A stretch of 26,018 bases of DNA from a virus (Duplodnaviria > Caudoviricetes). Where the stretch lies: positions 1-26,018 of IMG/VR virus record IMGVR_UViG_3300033067_000187. One strand, given 5' to 3'. A program made the translations under genes and the position numbers. A model generated the notes under the pieces. That model saw only the letters and a list, made by a program, of their open reading frames with translations, was not told the DNA's origin and did not search any database. Shown piece by piece: positions 8,023-16,252 of this stretch (within the stretch, counting starts at the first letter, position 1; every line of letters starts with the position of its first letter).

Positions 8023-8657
8023 ACTACAGCGAACTCAGGCAAAGCGTAAAGCAGATGTGCGATGACTTCTCCGAGGAGTTTGAGTACGAACTTAAGGGGA
8101 TGGTTCTTCGTGCGGAAAAGGCGATCTATCAAGATGCCAACCTTCCATCGCTGAAACGCAACGCCATTGGCTACATGTCTAGGGGGTTGCAGTTCCTTGA
8201 CCTTCCAGATGAGCTTCTGTCGGTGCTCTCAGTGTCAATAAACACCCCCCAAGGAAGAAAGTTTTTGCTTGTAAAGGATGTGTCCTTCCTTGGTGAGGCT
8301 TTTCCGGTAGCTACTGTTGAAGGGCTCCCCGAGTACTACGCTCTTTACGATGATGCTGTACTGCTGCTCGGGCCTACGCCTGACGCAGACTACGAAACGG
8401 AGTTGAACTACCGCGCGTACCCGGAGTCGATCACTACTGATGACGCGGCTACGACCATGCTTTCAACGCAGTTTGTACAGGTTCTTTTCTGGGCGGTGAT
8501 GCGCGAAGCAGTTCGCTTCCAGAAGGCCGAAGAGGATGTGGTGAAAAATGCGGACACTATGTACGCTCAATTACTGCCGCAGATCAAGCAGCACGCTTAC
8601 GGATGGAACAGGCAAGATTCCTACCGTAGTGGCGAGCCTCGTCAGGACGTTCGTTAA
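8019..8657 (+). CDS. Second adaptor/tail tubular-like protein
   Basis: MNYSEL...AEKAIY, GLPEYYA, LGPTPDADY..ELNY...PESI. Same P..Y / PxPD pattern as 6936..7616. Confidence 0.65.
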   Translation: MNYSELRQSVKQMCDDFSEEFEYELKGMVLRAEKAIYQDANLPSLKRNAIGYMSRGLQFLDLPDELLSVLSVSINTPQGRKFLLVKDVSFLGEAFPVATVEGLPEYYALYDDAVLLLGPTPDADYETELNYRAYPESITTDDAATTMLSTQFVQVLFWAVMREAVRFQKAEEDVVKNADTMYAQLLPQIKQHAYGWNRQDSYRSGEPRQDVR

Positions 8658-8679
8658 TGTTTACACAAAGGAGGAGCTA

Positions 8680-9003
8680 ATGGCTCTCGATCAAGACCTT
8701 CAAGCGTTGGTGCAGGATGCTGATGTTGGGCTAGTTCTGCAAGCGCATCATGTTCAAGCAATGCGCGACAACGCGAAAGCTCTTGTGGCAAACACTGACG
8801 CCATCAAGAACACGACTTTCCCAACTTCTGACGCGGATCGCAAATCTTCGCTGCTCAACAATTTGATTTACAACTACATGAAGCCTTCCACGGCTACGAC
8901 GCCCGAAGGCATTCAGACGGACGTAACGCGCGACGCTGCGTGGGTCAAGGCTGCTGCGGAAGCTGTGTGGGCTCAGTGCAATGGATTCATTAAGACCCCG
9001 TAA
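8680..9003 (+). CDS. Hypothetical protein (107 aa)
   Basis: Strong AAGGAGGAG RBS before ATG 8680 (preferred over the track's 8548). Confidence 0.7.
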   Translation: MALDQDLQALVQDADVGLVLQAHHVQAMRDNAKALVANTDAIKNTTFPTSDADRKSSLLNNLIYNYMKPSTATTPEGIQTDVTRDAAWVKAAAEAVWAQCNGFIKTP

Positions 9004-9172
9004 AAAAGGGCTTCCCGCTGATTACGACGAAGCCGTTCGGTGGTGGCGGGAAGACAGGGCTTTTCTTGTCGCTACTGAGCGGCTTCTCATCAAACAGGAA
9101 CGGCGCTCTAGTTGGCTTGAGCACGAAGTAAATAGGTTGGAGCAAGAGAACATCAAACTGAAGGCGAAGTAA
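8981..9172 (+). CDS. Small coiled-coil hypothetical protein
   Basis: Fills the gap; stop coupled to the next start (TAATG); heptad-like C-terminus. Confidence 0.55.
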   Translation: MDSLRPRKKGLPADYDEAVRWWREDRAFLVATERLLIKQERRSSWLEHEVNRLEQENIKLKAK

Positions 9173-9990
9173 TGACTTTACCCAGTGCGTACCCTATCAG
9201 CATGTCTCAAGTGCTTGACGAACTCAAGCTCTTCAACCCCTCGCGTGCCTATCCCATCAGCTTGCTCGATACGGATGTTTTGCACCTTGCACGAAAGACT
9301 GCTGGCCCCGTAAGCTTCTCTGACTTGCTGGGTAGAAGCGGCTTCTCTCCTGTGGTTGTTGCTGGGTTCACTCCGCCTAGCCCTATCCCAGTTTCTTTTG
9401 AGGGTAACGGGGTTCTCAACGCCACGATTTCTTGTACGCCGTCCGGGGGCTCTGGAAGCCTCTCTTTCGCGTGGACTGTGCAAGCTACAGGTGGTGTCGG
9501 AACCTACATCGTGGGTTCTGCGGGCGCCACGGCTACGGTAGCTACGTCAGGACAAACCGCCCCTGCTTCCGGCAATGCAGTCGTGAGATGCACTATCACG
9601 GACCTCATTACAGGAGCAACCGCGTTCGGAGACGTAACTATTAACTGGGCGTGGACAACGCCTGCGGTGACGCCGTTCACCATCACGGGGTTCAACCCTG
9701 CGTCTCCTATTTTCGTAGGGACTGTTGGCTCGGGTGTGCAAGGCACTTCTGTTCAGGTACTACTTGCCAACGGTTCGGGCAACTTCGCGTATTCGTGGAG
9801 TGTGTTCTCAAACACTGCGGCGGGGGGCTTTTCTGGCGGCACGACTGGCAGCAGCGTAAATTTCAACACAGGCTCCTTTAGCGCCGGTAGTGGAGTGCGG
9901 GAAACGATTCTGAGTGTGGTCGTTACGGATAATGTGACTGGCCGTACTCAACAAGAGTATGTAACTATTGAATGGGAGTGGATTGTATGA
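9172..9990 (+). CDS. Putative tail-fibre tip adhesin with two Ig-like repeats
   Basis: N-terminal MTLPS..PISMSQV..EL...ISL.D.DV..LA...GPVSFSDLLG resembles fibre-capping domains of phage adhesins. Two internal repeats follow (GF.P.SPI.V...G.GV...GSG..S/Y.W.V...C/V.TD..TG.T....VTI.W.W). Confidence 0.55.
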   Translation: MTLPSAYPISMSQVLDELKLFNPSRAYPISLLDTDVLHLARKTAGPVSFSDLLGRSGFSPVVVAGFTPPSPIPVSFEGNGVLNATISCTPSGGSGSLSFAWTVQATGGVGTYIVGSAGATATVATSGQTAPASGNAVVRCTITDLITGATAFGDVTINWAWTTPAVTPFTITGFNPASPIFVGTVGSGVQGTSVQVLLANGSGNFAYSWSVFSNTAAGGFSGGTTGSSVNFNTGSFSAGSGVRETILSVVVTDNVTGRTQQEYVTIEWEWIV

Positions 9991-10172
9991 GTAGAGAAGA
10001 ACTGATCATGGCATTTCTTGAGAAGCAGCGTAACGAACTTGCATCTGAGAACGTCGTTCTTCGTGCAGACCTGACGCTGGCTTCATCGCAGATTCAACAC
10101 CTTGAGACGCTGTTACGTGAACAAAAGGTCGATCCGCCACTTAAGCAGGCCAAGGCGAAGACTGTTAAATAG
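9987..10172 (+). CDS. Small coiled-coil hypothetical protein (possible fibre assembly factor)
   Basis: ATGA overlap with the upstream gene and a GGGAG RBS; LEKQRNELA heptad pattern. Confidence 0.6.
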   Translation: MSREELIMAFLEKQRNELASENVVLRADLTLASSQIQHLETLLREQKVDPPLKQAKAKTVK

Positions 10173-10184
10173 AAAGGTAAAGCC

Positions 10185-10568
10185 GTGGCTGATGTCGCTA
10201 ACACCGCCGCAGCTACTTCTGTAGTTGCGGGCATCACTGCGTTGTGGTTGGACAGATTTTCGCATCAGTTTTTTGGTATCCCTATCTCAGCGTTGGTAGC
10301 TGCGTTTGCAGGGGCGGTGATCATTCTGCTGGTTACAGAGCCCCAGAAGTTCTTGTCTGCGCTTTCTAGAGTTCTAGCTAGTACCGTGGCGGCGGGTTTT
10401 ACAACGCCGCTTGTCGCGCATCAAAACGACTTTCTTAGCTCTCACCAACTCGGTGTTGCGTTCCTTCTTGGGCTGTTCATCCTCATCCTCATCCAAGCTA
10501 GTGTGGAAGTAGCGAAGAAACTCCCTGAAGACTTGCGCCAGAAATGGTTGGGCGGCGGGAACAAGTGA
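10185..10568 (+). CDS. Putative holin
   Basis: Small protein with 3-4 hydrophobic segments and a charged C-terminus. AAAGG RBS, GTG start, directly upstream of the spanins. Confidence 0.65.
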   Translation: MADVANTAAATSVVAGITALWLDRFSHQFFGIPISALVAAFAGAVIILLVTEPQKFLSALSRVLASTVAAGFTTPLVAHQNDFLSSHQLGVAFLLGLFILILIQASVEVAKKLPEDLRQKWLGGGNK

Positions 10569-10575
10569 GGTAAGT

Positions 10576-10881
10576 ATGGATGTAGCTCACAAGCTTCTGG
10601 CTCTTGCGGCAAGCTCGATTTTTTTGTGGACTGTTTGGCGAGCAAACCAGTCTTCAAAGAGCGACGGTTTTGTTGTAAAGATAGTGCTGTTCGTTTTCTC
10701 GGTCACTTCGTTTGCGTTCTTGTTGTTGGCTATTACAGCTACTGAAGAGACTACTCAAATCTTCGGGTTGTGGTTACTTACTACGATGTTGATCACCCTT
10801 AGCGTTTGGTTGTGGTGGGGCGCATACCGTTACGCGCATCTTGTCTCAAAACTTCACAGTATGCGAAAGGAAAGGCAGTGA
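10576..10881 (+). CDS. Membrane protein, second holin/antiholin-like
   Basis: Three hydrophobic helices and a basic C-terminal tail. GAGG RBS; inside the lysis cassette. Confidence 0.55.
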   Translation: MDVAHKLLALAASSIFLWTVWRANQSSKSDGFVVKIVLFVFSVTSFAFLLLAITATEETTQIFGLWLLTTMLITLSVWLWWGAYRYAHLVSKLHSMRKERQ

Positions 10882-11360
10882 TTCTTCCGTTCGCACCATA
10901 TGGAGTGCCGATCAAGGTCTTTCTTGCCGCAGCGCTCGCGCTCGCGGCTTTTTTCAGTGGGGGCTACTTTGGGTGGACTATTGGCAGCGCAGAAGTGGCA
11001 GCGCTTCGGGAGAAGCATTCCAAGGCTCTCGCCAAGGCTGAAGAAGCTGCGCGGCTTCAGGAGCGCAGCTATGCAGAGACTCAGGAACAGGTTTCCAAGA
11101 AGTACGAAGCGCAGAAGCAAGAGCTTGCTAGGGCTGCTGCTGGGGCTAGGGCTGACAGCGAGCGGTTGCGCGCAGCTATCGCCGCCTACGCCCGTGCAAC
11201 TCCCTCCCCCACCGGCCAACCTGATGATCGAGCCGCCGCCCTCGGGGAGCTACTTGGAGAAGCTGACGGCTTGGCGGAAGAAAACGCAAGAGCGGCTGAC
11301 TCCCTCGCAGAACAAGTGAGGGGCTTGCAGGAACTCATTACCAAACAAAGGAGTGAATGA
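10878..11360 (+). CDS. Inner-membrane spanin (Rz-like)
   Basis: GTGA overlap start. A single N-terminal TM segment is followed by an Ala-rich coiled coil (ARADSERLR...LGELLGEAD...ARAAD), and a lipoprotein ORF is embedded in it. Confidence 0.8.
   Translation: MILPFAPYGVPIKVFLAAALALAAFFSGGYFGWTIGSAEVAALREKHSKALAKAEEAARLQERSYAETQEQVSKKYEAQKQELARAAAGARADSERLRAAIAAYARATPSPTGQPDDRAAALGELLGEADGLAEENARAADSLAEQVRGLQELITKQRSE
11071..11319 (+). CDS. Outer-membrane spanin lipoprotein (Rz1-like), embedded in the +1 frame
   Basis: AGGAG 7 nt before ATG 11071. Basic n-region, LLGLLLGLGL h-region, lipobox-like TASG/C, then a Pro-rich mature region (SPPTPVQLPPPPANLM). Confidence 0.8.
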   Translation: MQRLRNRFPRSTKRRSKSLLGLLLGLGLTASGCAQLSPPTPVQLPPPPANLMIEPPPSGSYLEKLTAWRKKTQERLTPSQNK

Positions 11361-11782
11361 TGGCTTCAGGGTGCTACAACAAGTTTGAAGAGCGTCGCGT
11401 ACAGGGTCTGGTCGGAGACCTCGACGCATTGACCTACTACGCGATGTTGGTCGGAGCGAGCTACGTGTTTGACAAGAAGGGCCACCAGTTCCGCAGCGAT
11501 ATTACTGGTGAGCTTGCTACAGGCGGGGGCTATACGTCCGGGGGCCTTCCTGTGTCGGTGTCACTGACTGTCGATAGCGTAAATGACCGTATCGATTTGG
11601 TTCTGGGGGCGCTCAACATCGACCCCGCTACTTTCAGCGCGGCAGGAGTTGTGTATTACGTGCGGCGCGGCGGTGCGGCTTCTGCTGACGAGGTTGTAAT
11701 GTTTAATGACTTCGGCGGGGTTCGTTCACCAAGCAACGTGCCGTTCTCGGTCGGCGCTTCTACTTTCCGTATCCAGCAATAA
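11357..11782 (+). CDS. Conserved phage structural protein (tail/appendage-associated)
   Basis: AAGGAG RBS (ATG 11357 or 11360). HQFRSDITGE...GYTSGG...A.GVVYY...DFGG pattern; beta-rich. Confidence 0.65.
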   Translation: MMASGCYNKFEERRVQGLVGDLDALTYYAMLVGASYVFDKKGHQFRSDITGELATGGGYTSGGLPVSVSLTVDSVNDRIDLVLGALNIDPATFSAAGVVYYVRRGGAASADEVVMFNDFGGVRSPSNVPFSVGASTFRIQQ

Positions 11783-11791
11783 GGAATAGAG

Positions 11792-12208
11792 ATGGCTACT
11801 TCTACTACGGTTGATCGCAACGCGGCGCTTACCGGACGCAAGACAGTGTTGGAGGCTGCTGGGCCGCTTGCAGCGCCTTCGCTTTGCTGGATGGCTGGGG
11901 CTACCTTGTTGATTCGGCAGTTCACTACCGGCATCACTACGCCTTCGAACGGGGACATGGACTTGAGCCTTGGTGCGGCTACTGCTGCTCAGACGGGCAC
12001 TGTTACTGAGCTTCAGGTGCGCGACCGTAACGATGCTGTACATCGCACGTTTACGGTCGGTGGTCCCGGTTCTGGCAGAGACATCGTTGTGTCGATTGTC
12101 GCGGGTTCTGGCAGCGGCGTCAGTTTCGACGGCAGCAACAACCTTGTTGTTTCGCAGGCGGGTGCTGGCATCGATCCTTGGGTTCTTCGTTACACGCAAC
12201 AGGCTTAA
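11792..12208 (+). CDS. Hypothetical structural protein
   Basis: AAGGA RBS; beta-rich, T/G/A-rich (AAQTGT...TVGGPGSGRDI). Confidence 0.65.
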   Translation: MATSTTVDRNAALTGRKTVLEAAGPLAAPSLCWMAGATLLIRQFTTGITTPSNGDMDLSLGAATAAQTGTVTELQVRDRNDAVHRTFTVGGPGSGRDIVVSIVAGSGSGVSFDGSNNLVVSQAGAGIDPWVLRYTQQA

Positions 12209-12211
12209 CCT

Positions 12212-13408
12212 ATGCCGACTATCCGGATTCCTAACAAGAGCGCTAGCGGGGGTGTAGCTGCTAGCGGTACGCCTGCTGCTCGTGGCGCGGGTGTTGTCGA
12301 TACTCCTCCTGCGTGGGGGTCTATCAACCCTGTGTACACGGAGGGCGTTGCTTACACCTATCCGCTTCCCGTAACTGATGCTCAAGGGCATGCAATTACG
12401 ATTACAGCTATCAACCCCCTACCTTCCGGGTTCACTATTGTCGGGGTGGGGCTTCGCTATGACGGTACGGTAGCTGCTGGGAACATCGCCAACTTCAGGT
12501 TGCGGGCCACAGCCAACGGGCTGTCTACTGACTCTGTAGCGTTTTCCGCGAACATACAAGCGCCGCCAGTTGCAAGCGGCTTCTTTACAGGTTGGCAGCC
12601 TATCCAACGCATCGCGGCATTAAACTCAGGCGACAACAACAACGGTATTTCTTACGCTGGTAAACAAGCACGCTTTATCGGGATGCCTGACGGACGGTAT
12701 TTTTTTATCGGAGGAGACAACCTTAATTCAGGGGAACAACGTATTTGGTCGTTGAACCCGAGTATTTGGAGAAATACTGCCGTTCCTAACGGGTGGAAAC
12801 TTGAGCACCCATACTGGCCTGCGGACGGAAATGTTTACCCTGTGCATCATGACTGTAGCTCAGTAACGTGGGATAGTAAGCGGAGAGTTTTTTGCCAGGT
12901 AGGGGGCTTTAACTACGGGAATGGTTCAGATGCGCCAGCGAACAAAATTCCTGTGGTTGAACGTGTAATGGAATTCAACCCTTTCAAAGCGCAAGGTACT
13001 CAGTGGCGTAATACCGGGGTTATTTACCAACAACAGGGTCTTGGTGCGCGAGGAAGTGAACGAGTAGGTGGTGCTTTCTACGACCCTGTACTTGATTACG
13101 TGTTTCACGGCGGTACAGCCGGTTCTTACATACACGCGTTTGATCCGGCTACACCGGGAAATGAAAAGTTCGCTTTCAAAGCGCGTGTAGATCAGCCAGA
13201 GCTTGAGTTGGCGCAAGATGGAGAGATGCTCCACTGCCTTGCTATTGATGTACTGAATAGATGGCTTTGGGTAATGTGGTCAGATATGTTCAATAACCCG
13301 ACGCGTTACATTTTTCGTTTTACGCTTCCGAATACGCGTGCGGGGCTTCCCAGCGATAACAGCACTATTAACTGGACTTCTAGGGGAAGCCCCCTACAGG
13401 AGGGTTAA
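12212..13408 (+). CDS. Adhesin-like protein part 1: Ig-like domain plus beta-propeller start (probably frameshifted)
   Basis: YTYPLPVTDAQGHAITIT...LPSGFTI is an Ig/cadherin-like domain. Kelch/propeller-like blades follow (FFIGGD, TWDSKRRVFCQVGGF, FYDPVLDYVF, AIDVLNRWLW). Confidence 0.65.
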   Translation: MPTIRIPNKSASGGVAASGTPAARGAGVVDTPPAWGSINPVYTEGVAYTYPLPVTDAQGHAITITAINPLPSGFTIVGVGLRYDGTVAAGNIANFRLRATANGLSTDSVAFSANIQAPPVASGFFTGWQPIQRIAALNSGDNNNGISYAGKQARFIGMPDGRYFFIGGDNLNSGEQRIWSLNPSIWRNTAVPNGWKLEHPYWPADGNVYPVHHDCSSVTWDSKRRVFCQVGGFNYGNGSDAPANKIPVVERVMEFNPFKAQGTQWRNTGVIYQQQGLGARGSERVGGAFYDPVLDYVFHGGTAGSYIHAFDPATPGNEKFAFKARVDQPELELAQDGEMLHCLAIDVLNRWLWVMWSDMFNNPTRYIFRFTLPNTRAGLPSDNSTINWTSRGSPLQEG

Positions 13409-13410
13409 CG

Positions 13411-14421
13411 TTGTCGGGGGGTTCCACTGTTGTAATGGACGGGCAAGTTAGAAAGTGGTACTCGTGGTTACAAGGACCGAAAGGAGCCTTGTTGGGTGAT
13501 CCTCCTGCTGGCTGGGGAAATAACTTTCAGTATGGGCAGTGCGGGCGTCCGGAGTCTCCGATGCTTAACGGAGACTATGGAAGCGCTAATACGGGCGTGT
13601 TGGTCGATCTTATTACAGGGGCTGTCGAACTAACTCAAGTTCCACACGCGCAATATACAGATGGTTTGGGGTGGAACATCCCCACGTTTACTTTTTACGA
13701 TAGCAACACATCGCACTTAGTTTACGGGCTTGTAAATGAATCTGGGTATCCGATAGGGGATGGTTTTGGCGGTCAAAAAACAGTTTCGTATGCGCTTAGA
13801 AGGAAGCCCGTACCCGCTTGGCTTTCGAATCTTCCTTTGTTTACGTGGCATGAGTTTCCAAACAGCAATTTTCACGTAGCAGCTAGTAATGTTTCTGATG
13901 CTAGCGGCGCAAGAGCCGTTCGGAGTAAATGGGCAGGCGCGGAAAACGCAAGCGCTTCTTTAGGAGGTAACGGTAGGGGCTGTTTGCTAGGGTTGTCAGG
14001 TACTGACGTGTGGCAGTTCAGTAGCGTTTCTCTGCGCAGAAAAGATTCGCAGTTGCTTTTTCACGGTGGGGGCGGAGCAGGAGCAAGCAACGGAAACGGC
14101 ATTATTAGTTTTACTTTGAACGCAGAGACTCCTTTCTGGTCGCTTCCTTTACCGCCCACTCCAGCTAGTTTGTGTATTCAAGTTCCGGGGGATAGCGGAA
14201 ACTTTGAGTTCAACAAAGCGCTTTCTTCTGGGCCTGATAGCGTGTTTAATGGGCAAAAAACGCCAGTAGCTGTACACGCGTACACAAGCTGTCACTTTTT
14301 TAATAACCTCGATCTTTGGGTACGTTTTGGCTCGCAAATGGTATGGCCCTCAGACGGGGGTTACTTTAATGGGGTACACGCGTTTTCGTGGTTGGAGACT
14401 TCGAAAGATATGGACGCTTAA
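13411..14421 (+). CDS. Adhesin-like protein part 2: beta-propeller region (-1 frame)
   Basis: The frame is open from 13384 and continues the propeller-like sequence (FYDSNTSHLV, LLFHGGG, P.AVHAY). A TTG start with AGGAGG 7 nt upstream is also possible. Confidence 0.6.
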   Translation: MSGGSTVVMDGQVRKWYSWLQGPKGALLGDPPAGWGNNFQYGQCGRPESPMLNGDYGSANTGVLVDLITGAVELTQVPHAQYTDGLGWNIPTFTFYDSNTSHLVYGLVNESGYPIGDGFGGQKTVSYALRRKPVPAWLSNLPLFTWHEFPNSNFHVAASNVSDASGARAVRSKWAGAENASASLGGNGRGCLLGLSGTDVWQFSSVSLRRKDSQLLFHGGGGAGASNGNGIISFTLNAETPFWSLPLPPTPASLCIQVPGDSGNFEFNKALSSGPDSVFNGQKTPVAVHAYTSCHFFNNLDLWVRFGSQMVWPSDGGYFNGVHAFSWLETSKDMDA

Positions 14422-15043
14422 TTACGCCCCCGATATGCCTGCGGCGGGGATTTATCCCGATAGAAGTTACGTTAAAAGTCCTTGGACTGAACAAGTTGTC
14501 GGCGGTTGTGACGGCGCGTGGCATTTGTATAACCCGGAGTCAAATTCTTGGACACCCAACATAGCTAGCGGGGATGTTGGTAGTTTTGCAGGGTATTCGT
14601 ACCGTCCTTTAGCTATTGAACCTGTAAGTAACGTATGTGTTTTTGGAGAGTCTGGGTCGCTCGCGTCACCTAAGTTGATCGAGCTAGATACATTTACTAA
14701 AAGAACTTCTGGTTCATGGACAGGGCCTGCGGTTACTTCTGGTAGGTTTAATGGTTCGGACGTTTCGTTAGCTTGGGACGATGACAACCTCTGTTTTTGG
14801 GCGTTAAAAGCACGCGCTACGACAGATGCGACATTCAACTTGTTCAAGATAACGCTCGTAGATAAAGTTACGTGTACCTTGTTTGTTGAAGAGATAGCTG
14901 TCGCCGGAAGCTCTCGTCCTTCGTTTGAGAACATGGCTACAAGCATCAATAAGTTTAAGTGGGTTCCCGAGCTTGGCGGGCTAGTTTTGTCAACTGGGTA
15001 CAATGCGCCGATTTTCTTTGTAAAGACTTCTGAAAAGGCTTAG
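14327..15043 (+). CDS. Adhesin-like protein part 3: beta-propeller C-terminus (back in the frame of part 1)
   Basis: Protein-like from about 14405 (KIWTLNYAPDM...YNPESNSW, AIEPVSN, LAWDDDNLCFW, KWVPELGGLVL). No convincing start or RBS of its own. Confidence 0.6.
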   Translation: MARKWYGPQTGVTLMGYTRFRGWRLRKIWTLNYAPDMPAAGIYPDRSYVKSPWTEQVVGGCDGAWHLYNPESNSWTPNIASGDVGSFAGYSYRPLAIEPVSNVCVFGESGSLASPKLIELDTFTKRTSGSWTGPAVTSGRFNGSDVSLAWDDDNLCFWALKARATTDATFNLFKITLVDKVTCTLFVEEIAVAGSSRPSFENMATSINKFKWVPELGGLVLSTGYNAPIFFVKTSEKA

Positions 15044-15045
15044 AC

Positions 15046-16251
15046 ATGGCTACTCACTACGACATGGCTTTTACAGCGGCAGATAACACGAACATTTTGT
15101 CTGTAGCTCCTGTAATAGGCGCGAATCTGGTCGCCGCCGATCAAGAAGCCAGTTTGATTAAAGTGCTCTCTAACCGGGGTGCTGCTGGGGATACCACAAG
15201 AAGCTTCAGAGCTTCCTTAGTTGATAATCCGACCGATAATTACATGGCTGTTTACGAAATTTACCGTGTAAACGATTCGGGTACGGATTTTGGGCCTATA
15301 GCACGCTTGCAGTGGGATTCTTACAACGCGCAGATAGCTGGCGGTTATCTTGCGAGAGTCACAAATAACGACGCTTCTACATGGAAAATCCAGCTTTACA
15401 AGTATTCTGGCGCTTCGGCGCTTACGGCGCTTGGGAGCGCGTATGCGTTCACAAAACCCGCAATTGGAGGTGCGGCCTCTTTTGCAGTTCAATGTGTAGA
15501 TGATCAAATTTCTGCTTGGGTAAACGGACAGCAAGTATTGACGCTTACGGATGCCACCGTAGCTTCGATGAACCAAGTAGGGTTTAGAGTTAGCGGGGCC
15601 TTTCCTGCGTACGAAGGCGTACATGTAGATCGTTTTTTTGTTACGTCACCGCAAGGTGGGGCGGATACTCAAGCGCCCACTGTTCCCGGCACGCCTACTA
15701 ATACGGCTACTGATACCACGTCGCTCACATTCAGTTACGCCGCTTCGACCGATAACATTGCTGTTACCGGGTACGAGATTCAAGCCACTGACGGAAGTAA
15801 CGCGAATGTCGGCGCTGTTTTTGATAACGGAAATTCCCTCTCTGTTACGTTGAGCGGGCTTTCTCAAGGCGTTACGCGCAAGGTGCAGGCGAGAGCCTAC
15901 GACGCTGCCGGTAATAGGTCCGCGTGGTCTGCGTTGTCTGCTGCGGCTACTACTACGCAGCGGCGGTTTCAGTTTCAGCTTTCGATTGCGCAAGCTAACG
16001 GCAACATCGTGAGTGGCGCAGGTACTACAAGCCTGTGGTGGGCTTGGTGGCCTTCGATTACGTCAATGCGAACCGAAGCGGCTGCGGCTAGCGGTACTGG
16101 AGCCAGTATCGACGGGTCTGGGGTCTTCGCTGTAAGCGCTCCCGCTACGCTTTCTGTTGGAGACAACCAAGGCATTTTGATTGTTTCTAATCAAGACGGA
16201 ACTCCTGACACGGCGGAACTGACTTTTGTCGGACCTGTAACGGTGATCTGA
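15046..16251 (+). CDS. Lectin-like beta-sandwich plus fibronectin type III domain protein (virion adhesin)
   Basis: DTQAPTVPG...TSLTFSYAASTDNIAVTGYEI...VQARAYDAAGNRSAWS is a bacterial-type FN3 signature. The N-terminal region (ISAWVNGQQVLTLTD...VGF...VDRF) resembles a ConA-like fold. Confidence 0.75.
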   Translation: MATHYDMAFTAADNTNILSVAPVIGANLVAADQEASLIKVLSNRGAAGDTTRSFRASLVDNPTDNYMAVYEIYRVNDSGTDFGPIARLQWDSYNAQIAGGYLARVTNNDASTWKIQLYKYSGASALTALGSAYAFTKPAIGGAASFAVQCVDDQISAWVNGQQVLTLTDATVASMNQVGFRVSGAFPAYEGVHVDRFFVTSPQGGADTQAPTVPGTPTNTATDTTSLTFSYAASTDNIAVTGYEIQATDGSNANVGAVFDNGNSLSVTLSGLSQGVTRKVQARAYDAAGNRSAWSALSAAATTTQRRFQFQLSIAQANGNIVSGAGTTSLWWAWWPSITSMRTEAAAASGTGASIDGSGVFAVSAPATLSVGDNQGILIVSNQDGTPDTAELTFVGPVTVI

Positions 16252-16252
16252 C

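Noticed and set aside
9002-9008. AAAAAAG slippery heptamer at the 8680/8981 gene overlap
   Set aside because: It is not phased as A-AAA-AAG in either ORF, and the upstream ORF stops at 9001-9003 before it could be used.
2344-10900. Track start sites 2344, 3741, 8548, 9972, 10806 and 10900
   Set aside because: They create needless overlaps with upstream genes. Downstream starts (2413, 3930, 8680, 9987, 10878, 11071) have an RBS or stop-start coupling.
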